A DNA stretch of 64,000 nucleotides from Clostridiales bacterium. Lineage in GTDB: Bacteria > Bacillota > Clostridia > Oscillospirales > CAG-382. Numbering within the stretch: the stretch's first letter is position 1; the number at the start of each line of letters is the position of its first letter. This document shows positions 1-9,128 of the stretch, piece by piece. The stretch is from the NCBI GenBank assembly GCA_003452915.1, contig DMMZ01000043.1, positions 4,933 to 68,932 on the forward strand, read 5' to 3'. A model generated the notes under the pieces. That model was not told where the DNA came from. It searched no databases and saw nothing but the letters and a program-made list of their open reading frames with translations. The position numbers and the translations under genes were made by a program.

Positions 1-192
1 GGTATGGGCGGTGTTTCGTCAGCTGCCGATGTTATCGAAATGATGATGGCAGGTGCAAGTGCTGTTCAGATTGGTGCTGCAACCCTAAAAAATCCATATA
101 TCTGCAAGGAAATTATTGAACAGTTACCCATAGAAGCGGAAAAGCTAAAAATAAACAGTCTAAAAGACATTATAGGAGTGGCACATATATGA
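1..192 (+). CDS. pyrD: Dihydroorotate dehydrogenase (class 1B catalytic subunit), C-terminal fragment; 5' end lies outside the window
   Basis: The reading frame is open to the window edge. The C-terminal sequence [22 protein letters not shown]...NPYI is typical of PyrD. The stop overlaps the pyrF start (ATGA), and the gene sits in a pyr operon. Confidence 0.75.
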   Translation, partial: GMGGVSSAADVIEMMMAGASAVQIGAATLKNPYICKEIIEQLPIEAEKLKINSLKDIIGVAHI

Positions 193-893
193 AGAAAGAC
201 GTTATTATTGCTTGTGATTTTCAGTCATGGGAAAAGACCAAAGAGTTTCTAAATCTATTTACCGAGGAAAAGCCGTTTTTAAAGATAGGTATGGAGCTTT
301 TTTACGCCGAAGGCCCTCAGGCAGTAAGAGAAATGAAAGCGAGAGGGCATAAGATTTTTCTGGATTTAAAACTGCATGACATTCCAAATACAGTAAAAAA
401 AGCTATGAAAAGCCTCTCTAATTTAGATATTGATATGTGTAACGTACACGCTTCAGGTACAATCGAAATGATGAAGGCTGCGCTTGAAGGTTTGACAAAA
501 GCAGACGGCAGCAGACCGCTTTTGATTGCTGTAACACAACTTACCTCAACTGACGAACAAAGGTTACATGACGAGCTTCTTATAGAAAAGAACATGGACG
601 AGACAGTTATGCATTATGCAAAAAATGCAGCAGCTGCAGGACTTGACGGAGTGGTATGCTCACCTCTTGAAGCGGAAAAGGTCAAGGAAGTGTGTGGAAA
701 CAGCTTTTTAACCGTCACTCCCGGAATTCGCTTTGAGGGTGGAGAAATGGGCGACCAAAAGCGTGTTACTACTCCTTCAAGAGCAAGAGAAATTGGCTCT
801 GATTTTATAGTTATCGGCAGACCGATAACAGATGCACCTGACCCCGTTGAAGCATACAGACAGGCAGTAAATGATTTTTTAGGAGAAAAATAA
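189..893 (+). CDS. pyrF: Orotidine 5'-phosphate decarboxylase
   Basis: 234 aa. Contains the [11 protein letters not shown] active-site motif and a C-terminal IVIGRPI motif. Located in the pyr operon. Confidence 0.9.
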   Translation: MKKDVIIACDFQSWEKTKEFLNLFTEEKPFLKIGMELFYAEGPQAVREMKARGHKIFLDLKLHDIPNTVKKAMKSLSNLDIDMCNVHASGTIEMMKAALEGLTKADGSRPLLIAVTQLTSTDEQRLHDELLIEKNMDETVMHYAKNAAAAGLDGVVCSPLEAEKVKEVCGNSFLTVTPGIRFEGGEMGDQKRVTTPSRAREIGSDFIVIGRPITDAPDPVEAYRQAVNDFLGEK

Positions 894-895
894 AA

Positions 896-1528
896 ATGAA
901 AAAAGAAATAGCAAGCGACTTATTATCAATCGGAGCGGTATTTTTAAGACCGCAACAGCCTTTTACTTGGGCAAGCGGAATAAAAAGCCCTATATATTGC
1001 GATAACAGGCTTACCCTAACCGCACCCGAGGTCAGAACAAGGATAGAAAATGGACTTTGCGGTTTAATTAAAGAAAACTACCCCGACTGCGAGGTGCTCA
1101 TGGGAACCTCAACAGCAGGAATTGCCCACGCCGCAATTGTCGGACATATAACGGGACTTCCTATGGGTTATGTGCGCTCGGGAGCAAAGGATCACGGCAG
1201 AGCAAACCAAATAGAAGGTAAGCTCCTGCCAGGACAAAAGGTTGTAGTTGTAGAGGACCTTATTTCCACAGGCGGAAGCGTTATCGAGGTTGTTAACGTG
1301 CTTCGCGAAGCAGGAGCGGATGTTCTCGGTGTTGTAAGTATTTTCACTTATGGAATGCAAAAAGGCATTCAAAAACTTGCGGAAGCTAATGTAAAAAACA
1401 TCAGCCTGACCGACTTTGATACAATTATTAATGTAGCTGCGGAAAAGGGTTATATACCTGAAACAGATATAAAAAGGTTGATAGCTTTCAGAAACAATCC
1501 CTCTGATGAAAACTGGATAACAGGATAA
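896..1528 (+). CDS. pyrE: Orotate phosphoribosyltransferase
   Basis: 210 aa. Has the PRPP-binding loop [13 protein letters not shown] and an N-terminal [16 protein letters not shown] motif. Confidence 0.9.
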   Translation: MKKEIASDLLSIGAVFLRPQQPFTWASGIKSPIYCDNRLTLTAPEVRTRIENGLCGLIKENYPDCEVLMGTSTAGIAHAAIVGHITGLPMGYVRSGAKDHGRANQIEGKLLPGQKVVVVEDLISTGGSVIEVVNVLREAGADVLGVVSIFTYGMQKGIQKLAEANVKNISLTDFDTIINVAAEKGYIPETDIKRLIAFRNNPSDENWITG

Positions 1529-1549
1529 TACAAGAAAAGGGTGGTATTT

Positions 1550-2467
1550 ATGCGGCATTTAATTGATATTACGGACCTTACAGTTGAGGAAATTAATAAT
1601 TTAGTCACTGTTTCCGAGAACATAATAAAAGACAAAAGCAGTTTTTCCGAGATATGCAAAGGGAAAAAGATTGCAACGTTGTTTTATGAGCCGAGTACGA
1701 GAACACGTCTTAGCTTTGAGGCTGCTATGCTGGAGCTTGGCGGTAATGTTCTTGGTTTTGCTTCGGCGGACAGCAGTAGTGTATCAAAAGGCGAGACTGT
1801 AACCGATACTGTGCGAACGGTAGGCTGTTACGCAGATATCATTGCAATGCGTCATCCCAAGGAAGGCGCACCTATGGCTGCATCAAAGTATTCGCCAGTT
1901 CCGATAATAAACTCAGGTGACGGCGGACATAATCACCCGACACAGACTCTTGCCGACCTTTTAACCATTCAACTTGAAAAAGGACGTCTTGATAACTTTA
2001 CGATAGGTTTTTGCGGTGATTTGATGTTCGGAAGAACGGTTCACTCTCTGATAAACGCACTTTCAAGATACAAAAACATCAACTTTGTTTTTATTTCGCC
2101 AGAGGAATTAAAAATTCCTGCTTATATCAAAGAGGACACTTTAAATAAAAAAGGTCTTCCTTATAAAGAAGTCGAACGGCTTGAGGAAGTAATGCCCGAG
2201 CTAGATATTTTGTACATGACAAGAGTACAAAGAGAGCGTTTCTTCAACGAGGCAGATTATATAAGGCTCAAGGACAGCTATATTTTAGAGCCTAATAAAC
2301 TTATTAATGCAAAAAAAGACCTTTCGATACTTCATCCCCTACCAAGAGTGAACGAAATTTCTCATAGCATAGACGATGATCCGAGAGCGTGTTATTTCAA
2401 ACAAGTTTTAAACGGAAAATATATAAGAATGGCTCTAATAATGAAGTTATTGGAGGTGCAGGTATGA
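1550..2467 (+). CDS. pyrB: Aspartate carbamoyltransferase catalytic subunit
   Basis: Contains the [13 protein letters not shown] and HPLPR motifs. I chose the ATG at 1550, which follows AAGGGTGG, over the GTG at 1541 given in the ORF track. Confidence 0.9.
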   Translation: MRHLIDITDLTVEEINNLVTVSENIIKDKSSFSEICKGKKIATLFYEPSTRTRLSFEAAMLELGGNVLGFASADSSSVSKGETVTDTVRTVGCYADIIAMRHPKEGAPMAASKYSPVPIINSGDGGHNHPTQTLADLLTIQLEKGRLDNFTIGFCGDLMFGRTVHSLINALSRYKNINFVFISPEELKIPAYIKEDTLNKKGLPYKEVERLEEVMPELDILYMTRVQRERFFNEADYIRLKDSYILEPNKLINAKKDLSILHPLPRVNEISHSIDDDPRACYFKQVLNGKYIRMALIMKLLEVQV

Positions 2468-2880
2468 AAATAGACGAAATACAAAACGGTATTGTCCTCG
2501 ATCATATAAAAGCCGGTAACAGTATGAAAATTTATAAATATCTTGACCTTGACAAGCTTGATTGTACTGTTGCTTTAATTCGTAATGTAAAAAGCAATAA
2601 AATGGGCAAAAAGGATATAATAAAAATCGATTCGCCGATAAAAATAAACCTTGAGGTGCTTGGCTATATCGATTCCGGAATTACAGTAAATATTATAAAT
2701 AACGGTGTTTTATGCGATAAACACAAGCTGGAACTTCCCGAAAAGCTCACTAATGTTATACGATGTAAAAATCCACGTTGCATTACAACGGTAGAGTCGC
2801 ATCTCAACAGCGTTTTTAAACTCTCGGACAGAGAAAAGGGTATTTATCGCTGCGAATATTGCGAAGCAGAAAACAGTTAA
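2464..2880 (+). CDS. pyrI: Aspartate carbamoyltransferase regulatory subunit
   Basis: Begins [15 protein letters not shown] and carries the C-terminal Zn-binding cysteines CKNPRC...CEYC. The ATG overlaps the pyrB stop (ATGA). The ORF-track start at 2389 would overlap pyrB by 79 nt. Confidence 0.9.
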   Translation: MKIDEIQNGIVLDHIKAGNSMKIYKYLDLDKLDCTVALIRNVKSNKMGKKDIIKIDSPIKINLEVLGYIDSGITVNIINNGVLCDKHKLELPEKLTNVIRCKNPRCITTVESHLNSVFKLSDREKGIYRCEYCEAENS

Positions 2881-3369
2881 ATGGAATACGAACATTTAGA
2901 CCATGTTTTTGGTCCTATATATGATAAAAACTCAGAGATATTAATACTGGGCAGTTTTCCATCTGTAAAATCAAGGGAAATTTCCTTTTATTACGGTCAT
3001 CCACAGAACCGTTTCTGGGTTGTATTAGAAAAATTGTTTGACGAAAAAGTCGGTACAACGATTGAGGAAAGACGTGCTTTTTTGTTTAAAAATCGTATAG
3101 CCGTCTGGGATGTTATTCAATCCTGTGATATTATCGGATCAAGCGACAGTAGTATAAAAAATGTGGTGGCAACTGACCTTGACATTATCCTTAGCAGGTG
3201 CGAAATTAGGCGGATATTTATAAACGGCAAAACTGCCGCACGACTTTACGACAAATATATCAAGCCTAAGATAGATAGGAAAGCGATTGTTTTACCCTCC
3301 ACTTCTCCTGCTAATGCAGCATTTAATCTTGATAAGCTGTTTGAAGCATGGAAAATCATAAAATTATAA
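2881..3369 (+). CDS. Uracil-DNA-glycosylase-superfamily protein, DNA-deoxyinosine (hypoxanthine) glycosylase-like
   Basis: 162 aa. The motifs ILILGSFPS...YYGHPQNRFW and a C-terminal LPSTSPANA match UDG family 6-type proteins. The ATG directly abuts the pyrI stop. Confidence 0.6.
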   Translation: MEYEHLDHVFGPIYDKNSEILILGSFPSVKSREISFYYGHPQNRFWVVLEKLFDEKVGTTIEERRAFLFKNRIAVWDVIQSCDIIGSSDSSIKNVVATDLDIILSRCEIRRIFINGKTAARLYDKYIKPKIDRKAIVLPSTSPANAAFNLDKLFEAWKIIKL

Positions 3370-3415
3370 AAAGACACGACCGAAAGCGTTAAGCTTAAAG
3401 TAGTGTCTTTTATGT

Positions 3416-4087
3416 TTAAGTATTGATTGTTAGAAATTCACTATCAATCCACAGAGTAGCTATTGTTGCGGTAAATTTTAAAACGCAATAGTTCGGGTCT
3501 TCGGTTCCTCTGGGAAAATGATTTATAAGCCATTCCTGCCAAATTTCCTTTTTGATTTCCATATCATCAACAATTTCCGTTTTGCCGATAAGCGTAACAC
3601 TGTTTCCGCCGCTGTAATAACATACACTGCTGTTTGGATTTTTAATAAAATGTTTTACTTTTTCGGAACATAACCCTGTTGAAAAATAAGCTGTGTGAAA
3701 ACTCTCATTCTTTAACTTTGATAATACACAAACACGCGGGAAACCCGAATCGTTAATTGATGCTATTGTAATTTGGTTGCAATTATTAAGTAATTCAGCT
3801 GCTTTTAACTTGATATCTCTTTCCAGCTTTGCCCATTCTCTGCACTGCTCGATTCTTGCTCTCGCAGGTGTATCACCATGCGCAGGATCGCATGAATACT
3901 GGGTAAGTAACTCACAGGGAATATCGTTGCAATCTCCGCAATGTAATAACCCTTTGCCTTGACAGCACTGTGCAACGGGGCATTCACCATGAAAAGGGTT
4001 GCCATTTGTTGCAATACAACCACCGCAATTATCGGTCTCTATCCATCCGCAGCCTTGGCATTTTAAACCGCATCTTGTATCAATCAT
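3416..4087 (-). CDS. Fusion protein: Cys-rich DUF3795-like domain plus pyridoxamine-5'-phosphate-oxidase-like FMN-binding split-barrel domain
   Basis: The N-terminus CGLKCQGCGW...CGGC...HCGDCNDIPC resembles DUF3795. The C-terminal half resembles the PNPOx/general stress protein 26 family. I chose the ATG at 4087 behind a GGAGAA RBS; the ORF-track start at 4192 lies upstream of the predicted promoter. Confidence 0.6.
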   Translation of the reverse strand: MIDTRCGLKCQGCGWIETDNCGGCIATNGNPFHGECPVAQCCQGKGLLHCGDCNDIPCELLTQYSCDPAHGDTPARARIEQCREWAKLERDIKLKAAELLNNCNQITIASINDSGFPRVCVLSKLKNESFHTAYFSTGLCSEKVKHFIKNPNSSVCYYSGGNSVTLIGKTEIVDDMEIKKEIWQEWLINHFPRGTEDPNYCVLKFTATIATLWIDSEFLTINT

Positions 4088-4123
4088 AATATTCTCCACA
4101 TTAAAAGTTATACCAACACAAGC

Positions 4124-4152
4124 AATATAACAATAATTACTTAAATTGTCAA
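4124..4152 (-). promoter_or_regulatory. Sigma-A-like promoter for the 3416-4087 gene
   Basis: On the minus strand: TTGACA, a 17-nt spacer, then TATATT. It lies about 35 nt upstream of the ATG. Confidence 0.4.
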
Positions 4153-4174
4153 TTAAACTTAATAAAAATATTTT

Positions 4175-4225
4175 ATAAACAACTGAAAGCATCCCTACAG
4201 CCTAAAAACGACTGAAGGGGATGCT
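4175..4225 (-). terminator. Putative intrinsic terminator of the asnA-glnN unit
   Basis: On the minus strand, an AGCATCCC...GGGATGCT stem (8 bp, large loop) is followed by TTTCAGTTGTTTAT. It lies about 170 nt after the glnN stop. Confidence 0.45.
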
Positions 4226-4390
4226 CTCAGGAGGTAAATTGATAAATGGAGATCAAAAACGAAATTATATTGTGTTATCGAAACAAATAATTCCGAAGTC
4301 GACCATTTACCTTCGATATATCGTAATACGATTATCGACAGTAATAAAAGTATAATTATATAGCGAGTTTCCGATCGCAATCGGTTATAA

Positions 4391-6493
4391 TTATACGGAG
4401 TAAAGAATTTCGCCGTATGCGGGGAACGGCCAGTATTTAGCTCCAACAAGAGTTTCGAGTTCGTCAGCAATAACACGAAGTTCTTGCATTTCGGAAAGTA
4501 TGGAATCTTTGCAGAAATTCGCAAGAGAAGCGGTATCTCCGTGATAATCACCTGCGGAGATAAGTGCTTTTTCCAGAGTTTCTGCCTTTTTGTAGAGAAT
4601 AGTAGAAAGCTTACTTATTTTTCCTGCAAGAGCAACCTCACCGCTGCTGGATATGTCTATGCCGATATCTTTATTTGCTTTTGCTGCTTCCGCAAGCATC
4701 TTTCCGTATTCGTAAACAGCTGGAAGAATATCCTTGCGTGTCATATCGAGCATGGTAAGGGCCTCAATATTAATAACCTTGTAATAATTCTCAAGCAACA
4801 ATTCGCAGCGTGAACGAATTTCCGGCTCAGTAAATATTTTGTACTTTGAGAATAACTTGATATTCTTTTTACTTACAAAGTAAGGAAGAGCCTCGGGTGT
4901 GGACTTGAGATTAAGTAATCCGCGTTTTTCAGCTTCAACTACCCATTCTTTTGCGTAGTTATTGCCGTTAAAGATAATGCGCTTGTGCTTAACAACAGTA
5001 TCTTTAACAATAGCATCAACTTCGCTTGCAATGTCGGTTGCTTTTTCAAGACGATCAGCAAACTCTGAAAGTGCGTCGGCTACTATTGTATTGAGTATTA
5101 TATTCGGACCCGAAACCGAGAATGAAGAGCCTAACATACGGAATTCGAATTTATTACCTGTAAAAGCAAATGGAGAAGTTCGGTTGCGATCGGTAGTGTC
5201 CTTCTTGAAGTCAGGAAGGACATTTACACCTGTCTGCATCTTGTTAGATTTTACACAGTTGTATTCGCAACCTGTTTCAATCGACTCAAGAACAGAAGTA
5301 AGCTCATCACCCAAGAACATAGAAACGATTGCGGGAGGTGCTTCATTTGCACCAAGGCGATGATCATTTCCTGCACTTGCAACGGAAATTCTAAGTAAAT
5401 CCTGATGCTCATCAACCGCTTTTATAATTGCTGCAAGGAATAAAAGGAATCTCTTGTTAGCAATCGGATTTTTACCCGGATGGAATAAATTTATACCAGT
5501 ATTTGTAGAAAGTGACCAGTTATTATGTTTGCCGCTACCATTAACACCGGCAAACGGCTTTTCATGAAGAAGACAAGCCATTCCATGACGTTCGGCTACT
5601 CTTTTCATTATTTCCATGGTGAGCTGATTATGGTCAACTGCGATGTTTGTGGTTGTGAACACAGGAGCAAGCTCATGCTGTGCCGGTGCAACCTCATTAT
5701 GCTCGGTCTTTGCAAGAATACCAAGCTTCCAGAGTTCCTTGTTAAGATCCTCCATAAAAGCCATAACTCTTGGTCTGATTGAGCCGAAATAATGATCCTC
5801 AAGCTCCTGACCCTTGGGAGGTTTTGCACCGAAAAGTGTTCTGCCTGTAAAACGAAGATCCTTGCGTTTTAAGAAGGAAGCTCTGTCTACAAGAAAATAT
5901 TCCTGTTCGGGGCCAACTGTAGAATTTACATAAGAAACGTCTTTATCGCCGAACAGATTAAGAACTCTGCTTGCTTGTTTACTGATTAACTCCATTGAAC
6001 GGAGCAAAGGCATTTTTTTGTCAAGAACCTCTCCGCCGTAAGAACAGAATATTGTAGGAATGCAAAGCGAATTGTCTTTTATAAATGCATAGGATGTGGG
6101 ATCCCATGCGGTGTAACCTCTGGCTTCGAAAGTAGCTCTCAGACCTCCGGATGGAAAAGAAGATGCATCCGGTTCACCTTTTATAAGTTCTTTACCAGAG
6201 AACTCCATAATAACCTTACCGTCACTCTGAGGAGAGATAAAGCTGTCATGCTTTTCAGCTGTTATGCCTGTCATTGGCTGGAACCAGTGTGTATAATGGG
6301 TTGCACCTTTTTCAAGAGCCCAGTCCTTCATCGCACTTGCGACTATATTTGCTACTGTTATATCGAGATCATTACCCGATTCGATTGTATTTTTAAGAGA
6401 TTTATATATTTCTTTAGGTAGCTTTTCCTTCATGACGGAGTCGCTGAACACAAGAGAACCAAAAATCTCCGGCACTTTCAATGCATTGCTCAA
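4391..6493 (-). CDS. glnN: Glutamine synthetase, type III
   Basis: 700 aa, the length and overall sequence expected for type III GS. The N-terminus reads [30 protein letters not shown], and it contains a GS catalytic-core-like segment ([10 protein letters not shown]). Confidence 0.9.
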   Translation of the reverse strand: MSNALKVPEIFGSLVFSDSVMKEKLPKEIYKSLKNTIESGNDLDITVANIVASAMKDWALEKGATHYTHWFQPMTGITAEKHDSFISPQSDGKVIMEFSGKELIKGEPDASSFPSGGLRATFEARGYTAWDPTSYAFIKDNSLCIPTIFCSYGGEVLDKKMPLLRSMELISKQASRVLNLFGDKDVSYVNSTVGPEQEYFLVDRASFLKRKDLRFTGRTLFGAKPPKGQELEDHYFGSIRPRVMAFMEDLNKELWKLGILAKTEHNEVAPAQHELAPVFTTTNIAVDHNQLTMEIMKRVAERHGMACLLHEKPFAGVNGSGKHNNWSLSTNTGINLFHPGKNPIANKRFLLFLAAIIKAVDEHQDLLRISVASAGNDHRLGANEAPPAIVSMFLGDELTSVLESIETGCEYNCVKSNKMQTGVNVLPDFKKDTTDRNRTSPFAFTGNKFEFRMLGSSFSVSGPNIILNTIVADALSEFADRLEKATDIASEVDAIVKDTVVKHKRIIFNGNNYAKEWVVEAEKRGLLNLKSTPEALPYFVSKKNIKLFSKYKIFTEPEIRSRCELLLENYYKVINIEALTMLDMTRKDILPAVYEYGKMLAEAAKANKDIGIDISSSGEVALAGKISKLSTILYKKAETLEKALISAGDYHGDTASLANFCKDSILSEMQELRVIADELETLVGAKYWPFPAYGEILYSV

Positions 6494-6530
6494 AAAAATT
6501 TCATCCTTCCGTTTTTCAATATATTATTAA

Positions 6531-7538
6531 TTATAAAAGTTCAATGCCAGCTTCTGAGCAAATTTGCTTTGTTTCGCTGTCCCAGACTGATACCTGCACC
6601 TCACCAATGTGAGCTTTTTCAAGAAGCAACATACAGAATCTTGATTGCCCTATACCGCCGCCGATTGAAAGAGGAAGTGTTCCGTCTAAAAGTAAGCTGT
6701 GGAACATCATTTTCTTTCTGTCCTCAGCACCAGCTTCTGCAAGCTGAGATTCAAGCGAAGCTTTGTCAACACTAATACCCATTGAGGATACTTCGTAAGC
6801 AATACCGAGTAGATCGTTCCAGAAAACAATATCACCGTTAAGAGTCCAATCGTCATAGTCAGGAGCGCGTCCGTCATGTTTGACACCGGACTTAAGCAAT
6901 CCGCCAATCTTCATAATAAAGGTTGTCTTGTGTGTTTTTACAAAAGCATTTTCTCTTTCTTTCGGAGAAAGTTCGGGATAAATATCCTCAAGCTCTTGTG
7001 TAGTTACAAAGGTTACATCTTCCGAAAGTTTTACTTTAAGTTGTGGGTAAAGTCCGTTAATATAAGCATTTGTTTCACACATGGCTTTAACTTCTGCTTT
7101 TACAACCGATTTTATAAATTCGATAGTGCGTTGTTCTGCAGTTATAACCTTTTCCCAGTCCCACTGATCAACATAAATGGAATGCAGGTTATCCATTTCT
7201 TCATCTCTGCGGACAGCGTTCATATCGGTATAAAGTCCCTCGCCTATTGGGAAGCCGTATTTGTATAAAGCATATCGTTTCCATTTTGCGAGAGAATGTA
7301 CAATCGCGCCATCTGTGCCGGAATCTTTTATATCGAACATAACCGCTCTTTCGGTGCCGTTAAGGTCGTCATTAAGACCGGTCGATGGTTCAACAAACAG
7401 CGGCGCTGATACTCTTTTTAAATTAAGAGCCGCACCCAATCTGTCTTCGAAGTTTCTTTTGATCATTCCAATTGCTGTTTGTGTTTCATACAGCGACAGA
7501 GCTGATTTGTATCTCTGCGGAATATAGGTTTTGCTCAT
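6531..7538 (-). CDS. asnA: Aspartate--ammonia ligase (asparagine synthetase A)
   Basis: 335 aa counted from MSKTYIPQRYKS...; class II aaRS-like AsnA sequence (LNLKRVSAPLFV, IGGGIGQSRLCM-like motif). I chose the ATG at 7538 behind GAGGAAAGGAAAGG; the ORF-track start at 7628 falls inside the structured leader. Confidence 0.9.
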   Translation of the reverse strand: MSKTYIPQRYKSALSLYETQTAIGMIKRNFEDRLGAALNLKRVSAPLFVEPSTGLNDDLNGTERAVMFDIKDSGTDGAIVHSLAKWKRYALYKYGFPIGEGLYTDMNAVRRDEEMDNLHSIYVDQWDWEKVITAEQRTIEFIKSVVKAEVKAMCETNAYINGLYPQLKVKLSEDVTFVTTQELEDIYPELSPKERENAFVKTHKTTFIMKIGGLLKSGVKHDGRAPDYDDWTLNGDIVFWNDLLGIAYEVSSMGISVDKASLESQLAEAGAEDRKKMMFHSLLLDGTLPLSIGGGIGQSRFCMLLLEKAHIGEVQVSVWDSETKQICSEAGIELL

Positions 7539-7577
7539 TTTTTTACCTTTCCTTTCCTCGGCGTTTTTGCCGAAATC

Positions 7578-7710
7578 GGGAGTTGTGCCGCAATGCACAA
7601 TCCCTTGTTTGAAAGTTTCTACTTTCAAACTTTACATCGCTTAAATATTTTATTTTGTTAGCTACATATAGAATAAAGGCACTGCGGGTTTATATGCCCA
7701 CAGCGCCTTT
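7578..7710 (-). promoter_or_regulatory. Structured 5' leader of asnA-glnN with three strong hairpins
   Basis: Minus-strand hairpins: 7675-7710 (14 bp with 2 G-U pairs, followed by TTTATTCTATAT), 7607-7630 (perfect 10 bp, GTTTGAAAGT/ACTTTCAAAC) and 7578-7604 (10 bp, 1 bulge, loop ATTGCG). Confidence 0.4.
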
Positions 7711-7724
7711 GCTGTATGCAGAGC

Positions 7725-7752
7725 ATTATAATCCGCATTTTGCCATTTGTCA
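7725..7752 (-). promoter_or_regulatory. Sigma-A-like promoter of asnA-glnN
   Basis: On the minus strand: TTGACA, a 16-nt spacer, then TATAAT. Confidence 0.5.
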
Positions 7753-7804
7753 ATACCTTTTTTAAAAAAATATTTTTATTTACATTTCGTTACGACAAAA
7801 AGGG

Positions 7805-7832
7805 TTGACAAACCTCATTTTACGTGTATAAT
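7805..7832 (+). promoter_or_regulatory. Sigma-A-like promoter of the GOGAT-glnA-ANTAR operon
   Basis: TTGACA (7805-7810), a 16-nt spacer ending in TG, then TATAAT (7827-7832). Confidence 0.5.
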
Positions 7833-7848
7833 GTACTCAAAGACAAAG

Positions 7849-7907
7849 GTGTCTGACATAATGTGCAGGAAGTATAATTTCTGTGCAGTTTGTCGGACGC
7901 TTTTTTT
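7849..7907 (+). terminator. Leader (attenuator) terminator upstream of the first GOGAT gene
   Basis: The basal stem is GTGTCTGACA (7849-7858) paired with TGTCGGACGC (7891-7900): 10 bp including 2 G-U pairs. Further internal pairing (CAGGAA/TTTCTG) follows. The hairpin is followed directly by T7 (7901-7907), about 40 nt before the start codon at 7948. Confidence 0.55.
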
Positions 7908-7947
7908 ATTTAGTCTATATTCTATATTATTTAGGAGTAAGAAGAGT

Positions 7948-9048
7948 ATGCTTAAAGAAGGATTTAACGGATATAGAATACCTGCAGGGTGTGCGATCTC
8001 GGGTATTTTTTCTAAAGAAGGAAAACGAATAAGTGGCGAAAAAATTATAAAATCTATTGGGTTAATGAGAGAACGTTCAAACGGTCTGGGCGGTGGATTT
8101 GCAGGTTATGGAATCTATCCGGATTATAAGGATTTGTATGCGTTTCATGTATTTTATGATACACCAAAAGCAAAAGATGAATGCGAAAAGTTCCTCGACA
8201 AGCATTTTGATGTTATAAATCTTTCAAAGATACCGACTAAAAAAATAAAAACAATTACAAACGAGCCGCTTATCTGGCGTTATTTTGTAAAGCCACTGCC
8301 GACAAAGCTTGCTGATAGTCAGCTTGACGAGGATGAGTTTACCGCTCGTTCGGTAATCAGGGTAAACACGACTATTGAGGGAGCGTACATATTTTCCAGC
8401 GGAAAGAACATGGGCGTTTTCAAAGCAGTTAGTTACCCCGAGGATGTCGGTGAATTTTATAATCTAAGTCAATACGAGGGTTATTGCTGGACCGCACATG
8501 GCAGATATCCTACAAACACTCCCGGCTGGTGGGGCGGAGCACATCCCTTTGCTTTGCTTGACCTTTCAATAGTGCATAACGGTGAGATTTCGTCTTATGA
8601 CGCAAACCGTCGTTTTATAGAGATGTATGGATATAAATGTACGCTTTTAACCGATACTGAGGTTATTACTTATATTGTAGATTATCTTTGCCGCAGACAG
8701 GGGCTTTCAATGAAAGAAACAGCAGAAGTAATTGCCGCTCCGTTCTGGACTACGATCGATAAAAAGAACGAGAAGGATAAAGAGAGATTAACTTATCTAC
8801 GCAATACCTTTGCAAGCCTGTTGATTACAGGACCTTTTTCAATACTTGTAGGTTTTACAGGCGGAATCATGGCACTAAACGATAGATTAAAGTTGCGTTC
8901 AATGGTTGTCGGAGAAAAAGATGATACCGTTTATATCGCCAGTGAAGAGAGTGCAATCAGGCTGATACAACCTGATTTGGACAAAATATACGCACCAAAA
9001 GGCGGAGAACCGATTATATACACCTTTAATGATGGTGTAACTCTTTAA
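7948..9048 (+). CDS. Glutamate synthase domain 1-like class II glutamine amidotransferase subunit (archaeal-type split GOGAT)
   Basis: 366 aa counted from MLKEGFNGYRIPAGCAISGIF. It has an N-terminal nucleophile Cys and an HGRYPTNTPGWWGGAHPF motif. I chose the ATG at 7948 behind AGGAG; the ORF-track start at 7747 would read through the promoter and leader terminator. Confidence 0.85.
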   Translation: MLKEGFNGYRIPAGCAISGIFSKEGKRISGEKIIKSIGLMRERSNGLGGGFAGYGIYPDYKDLYAFHVFYDTPKAKDECEKFLDKHFDVINLSKIPTKKIKTITNEPLIWRYFVKPLPTKLADSQLDEDEFTARSVIRVNTTIEGAYIFSSGKNMGVFKAVSYPEDVGEFYNLSQYEGYCWTAHGRYPTNTPGWWGGAHPFALLDLSIVHNGEISSYDANRRFIEMYGYKCTLLTDTEVITYIVDYLCRRQGLSMKETAEVIAAPFWTTIDKKNEKDKERLTYLRNTFASLLITGPFSILVGFTGGIMALNDRLKLRSMVVGEKDDTVYIASEESAIRLIQPDLDKIYAPKGGEPIIYTFNDGVTL

Positions 9049-9128
9049 GAAAAGAAATGATAGGTTGAAAGTTTTTAAACGTAAAAAGAATAGAGTTACT
9101 TTATTAATGACTACACATTCTCCCAAAA

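Noticed and set aside
317-595. Antisense or overlapping ORFs in the six-frame track that lie inside well-supported genes. Examples: 317-595(-), 1109-1558(-), 4484-4813(+), 4962-5363(+), 6876-7268(+), 10201-10497(-), 12540-12857(-), 26186-26949(-), 35715-36461(+), 43139-43591(+), 44217-44776(-), 54393-54725(+), 57769-58083(+), 62355-62911(+) and 63168-63608(+).
   Set aside because: They are shadow ORFs opposite or out of frame with genes that have clear family motifs. They have odd composition, no RBS and no recognisable domains.
4247-4291. A 14-codon plus-strand ORF (MEIKNEIILCYRNK) behind an AGGAGG, in the region downstream of glnN.
   Set aside because: The RBS spacing is long (11 nt), and there is no downstream plus-strand gene or promoter. 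The AGGAGG is more simply the complement of a CCTCC in the structured glnN 3' UTR.
7539-7724. T-box or ANTAR dual-hairpin element in the asnA leader.
   Set aside because: No T-box consensus (…GGTGGTACCGCG-like) or specifier arrangement was found. Only one hairpin (loop ATTGCG) fits the ANTAR loop rule, and no terminator overlaps it.
7747-7947. Long N-terminal extensions suggested by the ORF track: 7747 for the GATase gene, 9154 for the FMN subunit, 10652 for the ferredoxin, 2389 for pyrI, 7628 for asnA, 4192 for the DUF3795-PNPOx gene, 40978 for the membrane protein and 26684 for oppF.
   Set aside because: The extensions run through promoters, terminators or upstream genes and lack an RBS. 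Internal ATGs with good Shine-Dalgarno sequences give N-termini typical of the families.
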